From NCBI RefSeq assembly GCF_000281045.1, contig NW_008246075.1, forward strand, positions 102,210 to 158,517: DNA of 56,308 nucleotides, written 5' to 3'. Numbering within the stretch: the stretch's first letter is position 1; each line of letters opens with the position of its first letter. The position numbers and the translations under genes were made by a program. Below are positions 35,514 through 47,033 of this stretch, piece after piece. Below the pieces are notes generated by a model. That model was not told where the DNA came from and searched no databases. It saw nothing but the letters and a program-made list of their open reading frames with translations. Source of the stretch: Saprolegnia diclina VS20 (lineage: Eukaryota).

Positions 35514-36434
35514 ATGGCGTGGACGGCGGCCGACATTGCCGACTTGACCGGCTCCGTAGTTGTTGTGACCGGGGCAAGCTCCGGTATCGGTGAACAGACG
35601 GCTTTGGAGCTCGCAAGAAAGGGAGCACATGTCGTCCTGGCGTGTCGTAGCGCGGAAAAGGCAGCGGCCGCCAAGGAGCGCATCCTCTCAGTGGTCACAA
35701 CCGCGTCCGTGGAGGTCCTACCGCTGGATCTTAATGACTTGGCGAGTGTCACAACCTTCGCCGATGCCTTCAAGGCCAAGCATGCTCACTTGGACGTTCT
35801 CGTAAACAATGCGGGAATCATGGCGGTGCCTTATGCGGTCACGGCGCAGGGCTTCGAGTCACAGTTCGGCGTCAACCATCTCGGCCACTTTGCGCTCACG
35901 GCGCAGCTCTTTGACGTACTCAAAGCTTCGCGGTCGTCACGCGTTGTGACATTAAGCAGTCTCGCACATCGGCGTGGCGCCGTCGACTTCAGCAACCTCA
36001 TGCCGACACCGCTGGCCTATGGGCCGATGAAGGCATACGAGCAGTCGAAGCTATGCAACCTCATGTTCAGTTACGAGCTCGACCGGCGACTCCGCGCCAA
36101 GGGCATTGAGCACGTCATGTCGGTGGCGTGTCACCCAGGGTGGACCAACACGAACCTCTTCCCGCACATGTGGTCGGGTGGTCTCATGCCGTGGCTTTTC
36201 CCGATCGTGGCTCGCGTTGCACTGCAGCCTGTCCACGTCGGCTGTCTACCAACGCTGTACGCAGCAGTCGCGAAAGGTGTCAAAGGCGGCGAATATTACG
36301 GGCCCCAGTCCTTCTCTCGCTGGGGACCGCCTGTCCTCGAAGAGTCGACACCCGCCAGCCACGACACGAATGTAGCGTCGCAACTCTGGGACATCAGCGA
36401 GAAACTCGTCGCCATCAAGTTCATCGTCGAGTAG
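35514..36434 (+). CDS. Short-chain dehydrogenase/reductase (retinol dehydrogenase/WWOX-like), single exon
   Basis: VVVTGASSGIG, LVNNAGIM, FGVNHLGHFALT, RVVTLSS, catalytic YEQSK, CHPG, EYYGP, LWDISE. Confidence 0.95.
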   Translation: MAWTAADIADLTGSVVVVTGASSGIGEQTALELARKGAHVVLACRSAEKAAAAKERILSVVTTASVEVLPLDLNDLASVTTFADAFKAKHAHLDVLVNNAGIMAVPYAVTAQGFESQFGVNHLGHFALTAQLFDVLKASRSSRVVTLSSLAHRRGAVDFSNLMPTPLAYGPMKAYEQSKLCNLMFSYELDRRLRAKGIEHVMSVACHPGWTNTNLFPHMWSGGLMPWLFPIVARVALQPVHVGCLPTLYAAVAKGVKGGEYYGPQSFSRWGPPVLEESTPASHDTNVASQLWDISEKLVAIKFIVE

Positions 36435-36493
36435 AACACCGAATTAGCCCCACTCCTCCAAAGAAATTTGATTGTTCGTGCAGCGGCAAGTCT

Positions 36494-38499
36494 TTAAACG
36501 GCAAGTTGCGATAAGACATTTCTGTTTAAAATTTTTCTTATCATATTTTCTAATGACATGGTGTTGAAGGTGTGGACATTGCCTCGTTTCAGCACTATGA
36601 CTGGTTGTTTACTGCAGGCCGCAAATCCTTTGTCTTTCTCGGGGTCGTTGGCCGCAGCGGCAGGATTCGGAAGCACGATACAGCAGCAGCTCGGGCGTGG
36701 TGGACCATGGCAACAGGATTTTTCGGAGGTTGCGCGGGGCCACTACTGTGGGTCTAATGCCACCGCTTACATGAGAATTTGTCCTTAGAGTCCGCACAAG
36801 ATGAACCTCCATTTGCGGGGAGATTTGAGCCGGTAGTTGGACCAACTGAGGGAGCTTGAGTCCTTTAGCACAGTCAATGTTGCTCAGCGGGTCGAAATGC
36901 GGTGCTGCATGGTGCTCCATCCACGGCAACTCTCGTCGCATGCGGTCCCACTGCACGAGGAACCCATCGTAGCGCCGAGCAAGTGCCATGACGTCTGTCG
37001 TGAGCTTTGTATACAAGACGTGGAGGCGCTCGTACTCTTCGGACGACAGGTAGGCAGGAGCAGGCTCTGCATCTGCCAGTGTTGTGGCATCGGTGGCGTG
37101 CTTGGTTTGGAGCTGTGACACGGCGCTCGACCAGCCATGACCCAGCTCCAGTAGCCGTGTTTTGCACTCCGCCAATTCACGGTCGTGCATTCGAGCCTGC
37201 GCATCGAAGGACTCTCGTAGCGAGACGTGAAGTGCAGAGACGGCTGCGTCGACGTGGTTTCTACCTGTCGCAATGGCTGTCTTCAGGTTCTTGATATCGC
37301 TCTAGTGTACCATGTCATAAAAATACCAAGGACGTACTTTGCATCACCTCGAGCGCATACATTTCTGTAACCTTTTGTTCCCAGCGGTGGGCACATTGCT
37401 TGTTGTTCCACTCAAAGCGGTCGTGAAAGTCTTGGATCACGTCTGGAATCAGCGCAATTTTCTTGGCGAGAAGCTTGAAATCGTCCGAGACGCGATCAAA
37501 CGTCACGGACCACTTGGTGGTCTGCGCCTCGAGCGACATCTTAGACGTTTTGAAGTCGAGCGTCAGCTGCTGCACGCGTTTCATCGCTACGTCAAAGTCG
37601 GCCATTGAGAGAAACGTCTTGGAGGCGAATTGCACAAGCCGATCGCCCTCGAATCGAATTTCGTGCGCCACCCCTGGCAGTTTTTCAGTGATAATGACGT
37701 CAAGCGTCTCGTGCAGCTCGCGCAAAGTCGCATCGACCGAGTCTTTCCAGTTGAAGATCGTTTTCGAGTGCTCCGTTACGTGCTGTCTTGTCTGGGCCAA
37801 GACGCGGCCTTCGAGGTCTTTGACGAGCTGCCGTGCACTCCGCACCTCGGCGCGACACTTTGTGATTTCGTCTTGGATGACGTTGATTGACGACGCAGTG
37901 TTGGACTCGATACGTTTCATCCAGTGCTCCATCTGGAACTCGTTGGCTTGCGCGACCGCGATGCGCTCATGGTCGAGCATGAAGCGAACTTTGGCCTCCA
38001 CTGCGGGCATCTTCAACTGGGTCGCGAAAGCTGGTGTCACGAGGTCCGTCGTCCACTGCTGGAGTTCCTCCCGCAGAGCAGCACACTGCATCTCTGCGCC
38101 GTCTTGAATGCTATTTACAGTGTTGCGAAGCTCCGAGACGGATACACCGTTTGCAACGCGCTCGTCGAGCTGGCGCACAATTGTCGTCGTGGCCCGAAGC
38201 GCTACCTCCATCTCACCGACGTGTGTGAGGTGTGCTGCGTGGTTTTCGTTTACCACGGCAAGAATGTCGGACGTTCGTGTGCTCAGTGCCTCGTTGGCGT
38301 TGGCACGACAGCGGGCTTCGAGCTCGACCGTGTGCTGGGCGATGGCGTGCACGACGGCGCGAATGTCAGGGTGGAGGCCGTTGATGAGCGATGGCGGGAT
38401 GCCAAGCATTTGCCAGAGCGCCTCTGCTTTCGCAAAGTTGTAGTCGAACGCCAGGGCGTTGGAGCGATCGAGGCAGAGACGTTGGTTGCGCTGCTCCAT
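36494..38499 (-). CDS. Hypothetical coiled-coil protein, multi-exon
   Basis: A 394-aa helical/coiled-coil ORF (37315-38499) continues through short introns into 36790-37265 and 36494-36700. No family motif recognised. Confidence 0.6.
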
Positions 38500-38839
38500 G
38501 GTTGACTGACGTGTGCAATGAGAATATATGTTGTTTGGTTGTCCGTTTCGTCTCGCACCATCGGCGGTTCAAACGGGGTCGACTCTGACATCTGGTCTTG
38601 GACTTGGATCGACATTGCAGCGCGTGCAAGCGAATTATTTGCTTTATTCCCTGGAGCGCGTGGCTGGCGACGTCGTATATCCTCGTGTGCGCTGCTCCTG
38701 GGCTTGGATCATGTGGCCACATCACCCGCCCAGGATCGGTTTTCGCGTCATAAAATAAAATGTTTAATGAGAACCTTGTTTTTGTATTCAAACGCCACGC
38801 GTTCATTAAAACGTGCGTTGGCATCGGTAATTTTAGAAC

Positions 38840-39791
38840 ATGGACGACCGACCGAGCGACGACGTCTGCGCGCTTCTGAGCATGGTCTGCGCCGGCGATG
38901 CGACCAACCCAGACTGGGGGGTCATCCTCGAGCTTTGCGATGTAGTGGGCGCCAACGCTACCGAGTACGTTTACGGCTGCGCGACCTGGGCTAAGTGATT
39001 GGTACGTAGCGCCGAGGCAACGAGCCGAGCGATCCAGCGCCTCCTCAGCCGCCGCGAGAGCGAAGACCAAGTTTCTTTGGCGCTGGTCACGACAGAGACG
39101 ATCATGAAGAACTGCCCGTCATTCGTTGAGCTTGTGGCGAGCCGACTTTTTCTCCAAGAAATTGTCGCCCTCGTGGACGGCGACGGTCGCTATCCCGACG
39201 CGAGTGCTCGAGCGCTACGCATGCTGCAAGAATGGTCGACCGAGTATCCGTCGCAACCTATGTTCCGTGATACGTTTGTGCAGCTCCAGCTGCAGAGTGC
39301 GTCGGCCAGCAGCACTGACCATGACGAGACGGTATCTGCTAAGCCATCGCTCGCGCACGAGTTTGACAAGCTGCGCCAAGACCTCGTCGTGGTAGAGGAC
39401 AAAATCAAGACGTACGTCAATCTTGTGGCGCTTGGCAACTGTGAAGACGCCGACGATGTTTTGGACTTCCTGCAGCAATGCCAGCCGCGCATGAATACGC
39501 TCATTGAGGCCGGCCTTGCGGGCAAGCTCGACGAGGCAACGCTGGAAACGTGCCTCACGGTAGACAATGACGCGACGACTGTTTTCAACGCGATGCATTA
39601 TGTAGGTTAACGACCGGTTGATCAAGGTGCTTGAGGGAAATGTAAGCGCTGACAACGATAGCGAGCCAAAGGCACCGGCCTTGTACAGTCTCAACGACAC
39701 AAACCCCGATTACGTCTCGGGTCCGTTTTCGACGATCGCTCTTTCAGAGCCACCACCTGCGCCCCACCGCTACCACCCGGACATGGTCTAG
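38840..39791 (+). CDS. VHS-GAT domain protein (TOM1/TOL-like)
   Basis: PDWGVILELCDVV, AIQRLL, LALVTTETIMKNC, ALRMLQEW (VHS); FLQQCQPRMNTLI...CLTVNDRLIKVL (GAT). Confidence 0.8.
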
Positions 39792-39931
39792 GTCTATGAC
39801 TCAATGACGATCTTCGCACTTCTCGAGGAAACAGACCATTTGTATGCGTTGCATAAGATAATGGTCCAAGAGTTGCTTGCGGTATACATGGTGCGTTGTA
39901 GTTAATACGGCGAAAAGGGGTTACTGGGGAG

Positions 39932-40609
39932 TTACTTGGCAAAGCCTTTCGCCGCCTTTGCCTTGATCCACTCTGCCTCGTCTTCCGTCGCTTCACGCGC
40001 GTCACCCGGGTCGAGCGTCGACGCGGGCACGACCGTGTTGGTAAATTCGTCGTAAAAGCCGTTCCCGGCGTCGTAATAGCCGTACGGTAGCATCTTCTGG
40101 ACGCCCTCGGTACAATACGCAGTCTCTCCGGGAGGTTTGATGCCATAGCCGTTGGCATGCGGTGCCGTCGCGTGCGCAACCTTCTCGCAATGGTATCGAC
40201 GGTCGTCCTCGGTGCTGTAATTCCACGGCGTCGCGTACTCGAGGCCGTCCGCAAACGTAAACTTGCCGTCCACTTTCTAACGCAGTATAAAGCGCCAGAG
40301 ATATGAAAATTTGAGCGCACCTTGCCGTCCTTCCATGTGCCGTCGTAGCGGCCTTGGGGAAAGAAGAGCGTACCTCGGCCGTGGAACTGGCCGTTCTGGA
40401 AGTCGCCTTCGTACCGAGAGCCTACGGGCGCCGTGGGTGAAGTTTAAAATGGTTGACAAAGTTCATACCGTCTGGGAAAGTGTAGACGCCGTGGCCGTTG
40501 AGCCGCCCAAAGCTCGTGTTGCCTTCGTACTACAGTACCCAAACCCGACGACATAAGGATCGAAAGAGGATGCGAGATCGATGCGCACCGAGCTCTGCGT
40601 GTACTCCAT
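39932..40609 (-). CDS. MORN5: MORN repeat-containing protein 5-like, multi-exon
   Basis: MEYTQSS|YEGNTSFGRLNGHGVYTFPDG|SRYEGDFQNGQFHGRGTLFF...FTFADGLEY...WNYSTEDDRRY...GIKPPG...GYYDAGNGFYD. Confidence 0.85.
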
Positions 40610-40660
40610 CACGACAACACCGCGAGCAAAAACGACGAGTGCTGTGCCTAAATTTAAAAG

Positions 40661-41287
40661 ATGCCGAAACCTCTGCCGACGACACCGGATCGGCTTGAGA
40701 CGCTCCTTGCCGATGCCCTCCACGCACAAAAGATCGATCGGTCGCGCCTTGCGATCCGCGTGTTTGCACAGATCATAGACGAAGACGATGCTGGCCACGA
40801 CGCTATTGTGTACCAAGCGTACGTTCACAAGTACAAGGTCTATCATACCAGTTTGCGCAGCACAACGGCAGTCTTATCGAACTTATATAGCTAGAGTGCT
40901 CGTTCTTGCTCTACAAGGTCGCGCGAGCAACGGCGACTGCAATGCTCGTGCGATTTCACGGCGCTCACGAGGCCTATTTACTAAAGGCTCGCGCCGAGGC
41001 CAAGCTGAACAAATCGGCGGTGTCTGTTGCCTCGATTGTCGCTGGCCTTGCTCATAACCCGATTCACGGCCCCCTTTTACGGTATACGTTTTGTTGTAGA
41101 GTTATTGATTTCAAAGTTTAGAGTATAGAGAACTCGAAGAGAGCCGAGAGGTACAACGCCAAACAAACAGTGCCACTGAGCGCAGTAAGCCGCGAGCAAC
41201 GTTGGATGGACCGCCTTACGACTTGGACATCGTCGATATCCCCGACACTTTTGTCGGTGTTGAAGCACTCCGGACGGTGCCCAGTCG
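40661..41287 (+). CDS. TPR-like helical protein segment (possibly the N-terminal part of the downstream acid phosphatase gene)
   Basis: Spliced reading MPKPLPTTPDRLETLL...QAYVHKYK|LECSFLL...EAYLLKARAEAKLNKSAVSVASIVAGLAHNPIHGPLLR|ELEESRE... No stop is found before the next donor site. Confidence 0.5.
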
Positions 41288-41507
41288 GTAAGAACCTTGG
41301 TTGTACGTCCTATGTCATACAGTGACGTGGAAGGTATGACTTTTATGGCGCCTTTTCTGCCGACTTAATTGCGCGTCTCGATGCTCTTGAAGCAGCTCCA
41401 TCACAGCTATTGCTTTTGCCCAAACCCGAGGTTTCAAAGCTCGCACGGGCGGCGTCACTCGTGTGGTTTTGTGCATCGTGTGCAAGCTTGTGAAAACCGT
41501 CACGTAG

Positions 41508-42257
41508 GCGCCAAGGAGCACCAACCTCGCCAAGTTCTGCATGCCCCGCGACTTTATCCTGAGCTACTACGAAGCAACGGCGAATGCCGACTCATCAATC
41601 TACGAACGTGACTGCGGTGTCATCCTCAGCCGCGCCGTCCACCTGCTGGAAACATTACCGTTTGAGATGCAATGCGGTAATCACGTGCAGATAAATGACG
41701 TGTCGTGAAGCAAGCTCCTAGCTTTTGTACTCGACATTGACGATACGGCGCTTGTGAGCTACGGCTACATGAAGTCGACCAAGTTCGAGGCGATTCCTAT
41801 GACTCAATTCAAGTACCTCATACACGGCTCACCGCCAGCAAATCCTATGGTCCTCCGGTTCTACTCCTACTTGAAATGGAAGGGCATCAAGGTACTTTCG
41901 AAGTTCATGGCGGTGCTAAAACCGACATGTACTGCAGGTGGTATTCGTATCGGAGCGACCAGAGCGGGTTCGAGACGCGACACTGCGGGCACTTTTTCTT
42001 GCTGGCTATCGCGAAGATATGTCCGCTACTATGCCGAAATGAGTCTTCATTGACGTCCTTTTCAATCGCCTAGGGTCGTTTTGCGCCAACCTTGTGAGCA
42101 TCTCATGTCGACGGCCAACTTCAAGCAGCGAGCGCGCGCAAAGCTCCAGAAAGAGTACAACGTCATCGGTTGTCTGGGTGATCAGTTTGGCGACATCACA
42201 GGCAACTACACGGGTGCCCGCTTCAAGCTCCCGAATTACCTATATACGGTCGAGTAG
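41508..42257 (+). CDS. Class B (HAD superfamily IIIB) acid phosphatase domain; 5' start uncertain
   Basis: AFVLDIDDTAL (DxDxT), PANPMVLRFYSYL, FKQRARAKLQKEYNVIGCLGDQFGDITG, FKLPNYLY. Confidence 0.85.
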
Positions 42258-42595
42258 AAGATAAACACTTCATTCTCAACCCAGACGCACACTGAGGGCG
42301 CCTAACTATGCGAGCAATTGGCTTGGAAAGTTGGGTTGACTATACCTACTATTTGCAACGTAGAGGATACACTGTAACACACCACTAGCACCTTACACAA
42401 GCAGTAGCTATAGCTTCCGCGTCGAGCTCTTGTGTCAACGTTCTACCGGTCTACTAGTATCATTGTGATGCTCTTTCTCAAACTGTGCGACTTTGCGTCG
42501 CGTTCTCCGCTGTGATCGTCCGGAAAGCGTGTCCTGTGGCCTTCACATCCGGATAACCGATCCCCAACGATGCCAGATCGCGGCCAATTTGGAAA

Positions 42596-43141
42596 ATGGC
42601 TGGCGTGCGCTCGATCGTCCGCTTGGCGCATCGCCACGTGGCTCGCGCATCTGCCCATGCGCTGCCGCAACTCAAGCCCGCAATGAAGTCTTCGTCGCGC
42701 GCTCTTGTGGCCTCGCGGACCATGGCCTTTAGCACGGAGACGGTTGTGCCAGGCATGACCGAGTCGGAGTTCATGAAGCTCAGCGACGTCGTCCTCAATG
42801 ACATCCTCGAGATGATGGATGGTATCGAAGCGATTCTGCCGGACGCTGATATTACGCTCTCGGTATGCAATCCTCGATATTATGACGGTATAACGCCATA
42901 CTTCCTGTAGCAAGGCGTCTTGACCATCAACCTCGGTGAAGACGGCACATGGGTGCTCAACAAGCAAGGTCCCAACCGCCAGATCTGGTGGTCGTCGCCT
43001 GTGAGCGGGCCCAAGCGCTTCGAGTACGACTCGCGCCTCAAGAAATGGTTCAACACGCGTGAGAAGCAGCAGGAGCTTGTCGAGCTTTTGACCGAAGAAG
43101 TCGAAGACATTACGGGCATCATCGTGTACACGGAAAACTAA
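42596..43141 (+). CDS. FXN: Frataxin, mitochondrial precursor
   Basis: Arg/Ser/Ala-rich presequence; [36 protein letters not shown]. One intron, ~42862-42910. Confidence 0.96.
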
Positions 43142-44807
43142 CTAGATGCTGTATCTCGACTTTCTACGTCCATCGTAGCTGCTGCTGCCATAAGAGCGGC
43201 GTCGACGCGATTTCGTGCTACGATGTAGTCCTGTGGTTCCACATGAGCCAAACCTTGACACATGGAGACAATATGACGTCGAGGAGGAGCGCTCGCGCCT
43301 CGGGTGGCGATAGTTGGCGCTCAACAGGTAGTGACAGTCGCTTGCGCCAAACTTCGAGCTCCTCCCAGCGTTCAATGCGCTCGTCGCGGCGCTGGCGTTT
43401 GTGGCTACGACGATTGTCTCGCATCTGACGCGCCGCTAGTGCTTCAAAGCAAGCACGTTCCTAAAGCATTGTGATCCAAGTCAATTGTGTTGAATTAGAA
43501 TCGCACCGTGGCAGAAAGAGCTCTCCACGCCGCATGCATTTGCTTGGTGGTGCGTCTGCGATTACGCTTGTGCAGCCTTCGGTGATGATGCACATAGACA
43601 TCGAGCCCCGAGACCTGTGGCCGGTCGAGCCTCTTTACATGCAATAGAGTAGCGCTTTTGGAATACCTTTGGAGGGTGCTTCGGCGACGGACGATGCATT
43701 GGCGAGAGGGGTTGCGGAATTGAGGTGTCGACGTTGATTGGCTGGAGGTCTGAATACCAGGAACCGCCGTCTCTCATGGCCCCTCTGAACACAAGAGTTC
43801 TTTGGAACAGCACTTGCTCCTGAATCGTGTGCGCGATGGCACCCTGAAAAGGCGCAGGAAGACCCATATCTTTGCAAGTCTAAGTAGTCGTGAGGTGCGG
43901 TCATAAGACATCCTGTACCTGGCTCGCAAATATCGTTGCGTCGTTCTCGTCTGCCGCGATGTCCCATTCGAACTCGTCATGAAACTTGACGGCATGTTAC
44001 TTCAAGGAGAGAGACACAACACTTACGCGGAGACCACCAATTTCGATGTCAATGGCAATCGGGAAAAGAAACTCGAGGCTGCGGTCCATCGGCACAAGCG
44101 AGGGTGCGTGGTGCAAAAGCTGCGTTGTGATCGATCTTGAGATCGCCTGCTGCAACGGTATAAGTGTTGTATGCAGGTGGTAGCGGAGGTACCTCGCTGT
44201 CAGGATCAAGCTGCACTTCGGTTGCAAGCACCGCGGCGAAACTGGCAGGCGACAATTCGCGCTGCTCAGCGTCCCACAGGAAAGCTTCTTGAAATCGCCC
44301 GTGTTTGGAAAGGAGCGTGAGGCGAATCGGTACGAGTGACTCCATTGAGTAGCGCAACATGATGCATTCGTGGCGCCTTTGTGTAGCGTACGAAGACGCT
44401 GCTCGCCGATGGCAATGACGCAAGTATCGCGACAAGGACTCCATGCCTGAGTGCACTTGAACGCCGTCGAGAACGCTTGGGAGCTGGCTTGGGAGTGGGC
44501 TCCCGGTTTCTCGCAGCTCTACGAGTTGCTGCGGTTGAAGTTGAGGTGTTGCTGTACGCAGAAGTAGCGCTGTTGGGGCTTGAGCGCTCTGCTCGATCAC
44601 GCCTGGTCGGGCGTCGAGGAGCCGTGTGACGCCGTTCGCCCGCAGCAGATACTCGACCCGTTCCGTAAGGCAGTCGTCTTCAGCAGGCGCTACTTCAAGC
44701 CACGACGCCAAGTACCCTTCAGAGCATCCGAGGAGGAAGGCCATTGTCGACATCGTCGCGTTCACCTCCGCCGCCAGGGATTGGAGCCGCTGCTTCAAGT
44801 CCGCCAT
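43142..44807 (-). CDS. SNF5: SNF5/SMARCB1/SFH1-like SWI/SNF subunit (two SNF5 repeats), multi-exon
   Basis: LVPIRLTL...RFQEAFLWD...SPASFAAVLATE; FPIAIDIEIGG..FHDEFEWDI...IFA...CKDMGL...AIAHTIQEQ. The 3' end is either 43142 or 43218. Confidence 0.75.
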
Positions 44808-44901
44808 CCCGCTCACGATCTTTTCGACTAAACAGAATACTAAACCCATTGCTGTAGTCGAAAATCCCGGAGCAATCCCGGAGCTGCGCATACAATTCAG
44901 G

Positions 44902-46053
44902 ATGGCATCTCGAGCACACCGCGCTGACGAACCCGTGGACGAAGCCGCCAGTGAGCAAGGAGGCGCCCTTCGGCCGATGGCGGCCTACCTCTTACAGGGA
45001 CCCTACGACCACCTTCCGAAAGATAAGATGCTCCCTTTGCACATGGCGCTCGAAATGCGCAAGACGGCGTCGCCAAGTCTCGTGTCTGGCCGCGTCGAGG
45101 CGCTGCCCGAGTCTGTTCAGGCTCTGCAGGCCTCCATGGACGATGAACCGCCTCTGGATGGGGCTGCTTCAGTGGCAGCCGTGTCTATTGACGGACTCAT
45201 GGCGTCAATTCCGCGCGTCGAGGCCTTCTTGCCTCATGCAGCTGACCTCGGGCTCGTGAACCGCGATCCGACCGACCGGCGGTACGTCATGGTGGCCTCC
45301 TTTGACGACGTACGTGCGCGCGCTGGATATATTTTGTGATTCATCGCGAGAGTAGGCAAAAGTCAAGGTGCGGCAATTGGCCAAGGTGTGCGGCTTCCAG
45401 GTTGGCATTGACAAGTCGAAGAAGGGAGGGCGGCGCCGGCTCTGGATTTGCACGAGCAAGGCTGGGTGCCCGTTCCTAGTGAGCGTGAATCAAAGTAACT
45501 TTGGCATCCGCGTCAAGTGCGCGCTGGAACACAACCATGCGATGCACGTGCACGAGAAGAAAGACACGCGGCTGACAACGTACTCGACCGACGAGGTGCG
45601 CGGGCTCATCTACTATATCGTTGTGTGCTCATCTACGTGACACACGTAGCTGCAAGCGATATTCGCCAACTCGGAACTCTGCAAGCAGTCGCCCGATGTG
45701 TCCAAAATCACGGGTCGTGAGATCATCGAGACGTTGTATACCGAGACAGGATATATGATCAACGCCAATCGCGCGAGCATGATTAAGCACGGGATCATCA
45801 AGGACATGCAGTACGAACTCGAGCGATCGTTCCAGACGCTACAGCACCACCTCAAGCGAATGGGTGAAGACCCCGATGCGTATTTATCTGGCGCACGCCT
45901 AGCGCCCAAGCCGTGCGACCGACGAGGATATACCGATGATCTCACACGAGTATTGCTTGTAGGAAGCCTGGACGTCCAAAGAAACAGCAGAAAGTTGCAC
46001 CGATGACGTCTGTGGCACCGGTGGTTTCACAGCCACCGACGACCCATAGCTGA
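44902..46053 (+). CDS. MULE/FAR1-type (WRKY-GCM1 fold) Zn-finger protein with C-terminal AT-hook; no DDE domain
   Basis: GFQVGIDKSKK...WICTSKAGCPFLV...EHNH (Cx4C...HxH). After intron 45913-45962, PKPKPGRPKK. Confidence 0.65.
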
Positions 46054-46358
46054 TAGTGTGTTGTTGTCCTTTAAGCACTGCTGATTTGTCCGTTGTCCTC
46101 AGCGTTATTCGATACCATTTCGAGAGGTGGTCACGAATGGCGTGACTGCTTCTGCTGCCAACAATGGGCGTATTCAAATGTTATCGACTCGCTCGCGAGT
46201 TGACGCGAGTTCTCACACGGATCGACTGAGTCGTTCGCCTCGCTTTGCGCGGTGCCAACCGATCATTCGTGGAAAGTGAATTTTAATCGTATGGTTCGGA
46301 TAGCACATTTCTTCCGGATAAGCGAGTAGCAGAGACGCCAAGAGCAGCTTCAGTTTTC

Positions 46359-46962
46359 ATGAAGCTTGTGATCCAGCGTGTGACCAGCGGCGGCGTCAAG
46401 GTCGACGGGCAGACCGTGGGCAGCATCTCCAAGGGCGTCGTCTGCCTCGTTGGCATTGGTCGCGACGACACGGAAGACGACGCGGAATGGTGCTGTCGGC
46501 GCATCTTGGTACAAAACACCGCCATGCATGCCGCTCACGCCGGCGGTGCATAGAACGCTCGCCTTTGGCCCAACGACGACGGAAAGGCGTGGATGACATC
46601 CGTGCTCCAAAATAACTTTCAGGTGCTCATGGTCAGTCAGTTTACGTTGCATGGCTACATGAACGGCAACAAGCCTGACTTTCATCTCTCCAGTCCGTAC
46701 CTACACGCGATCCGCGACGTAGCAGCTAATCAACTACTGTCTAGTGGCACCGGAACCAGCAAAAGTGCTCTTTGACAACCTTGTCACGCGTGTTCGGAAA
46801 GCTCACACGGCGCCCGATCAGGTGCAAGAAGGCGTGTTTGGAGCTTACATGGAAGTGTCCCTCGTACGACCATCACCCCCTCGCGCCCATTTCAATGACG
46901 AATACATGTAGGTCGGGGACGGACCAGTGACGATGAATTTGGATTCCAAGGTGCGCAAGTAA
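46359..46962 (+). CDS. DTD1: D-aminoacyl-tRNA deacylase
   Basis: MKLVIQRV, CLVGIGRDD, SQFTL, GNKPDFH, GVFGAYMEVSL, DGPVT (Gly-cisPro motif). Confidence 0.95.
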
Positions 46963-47033
46963 GATCGTGCAGTGTGCTACATGCCGCATTCTGTAAAAGC
47001 GTAAATGAAACTTTGTATTGCAAATCTCGCAGA

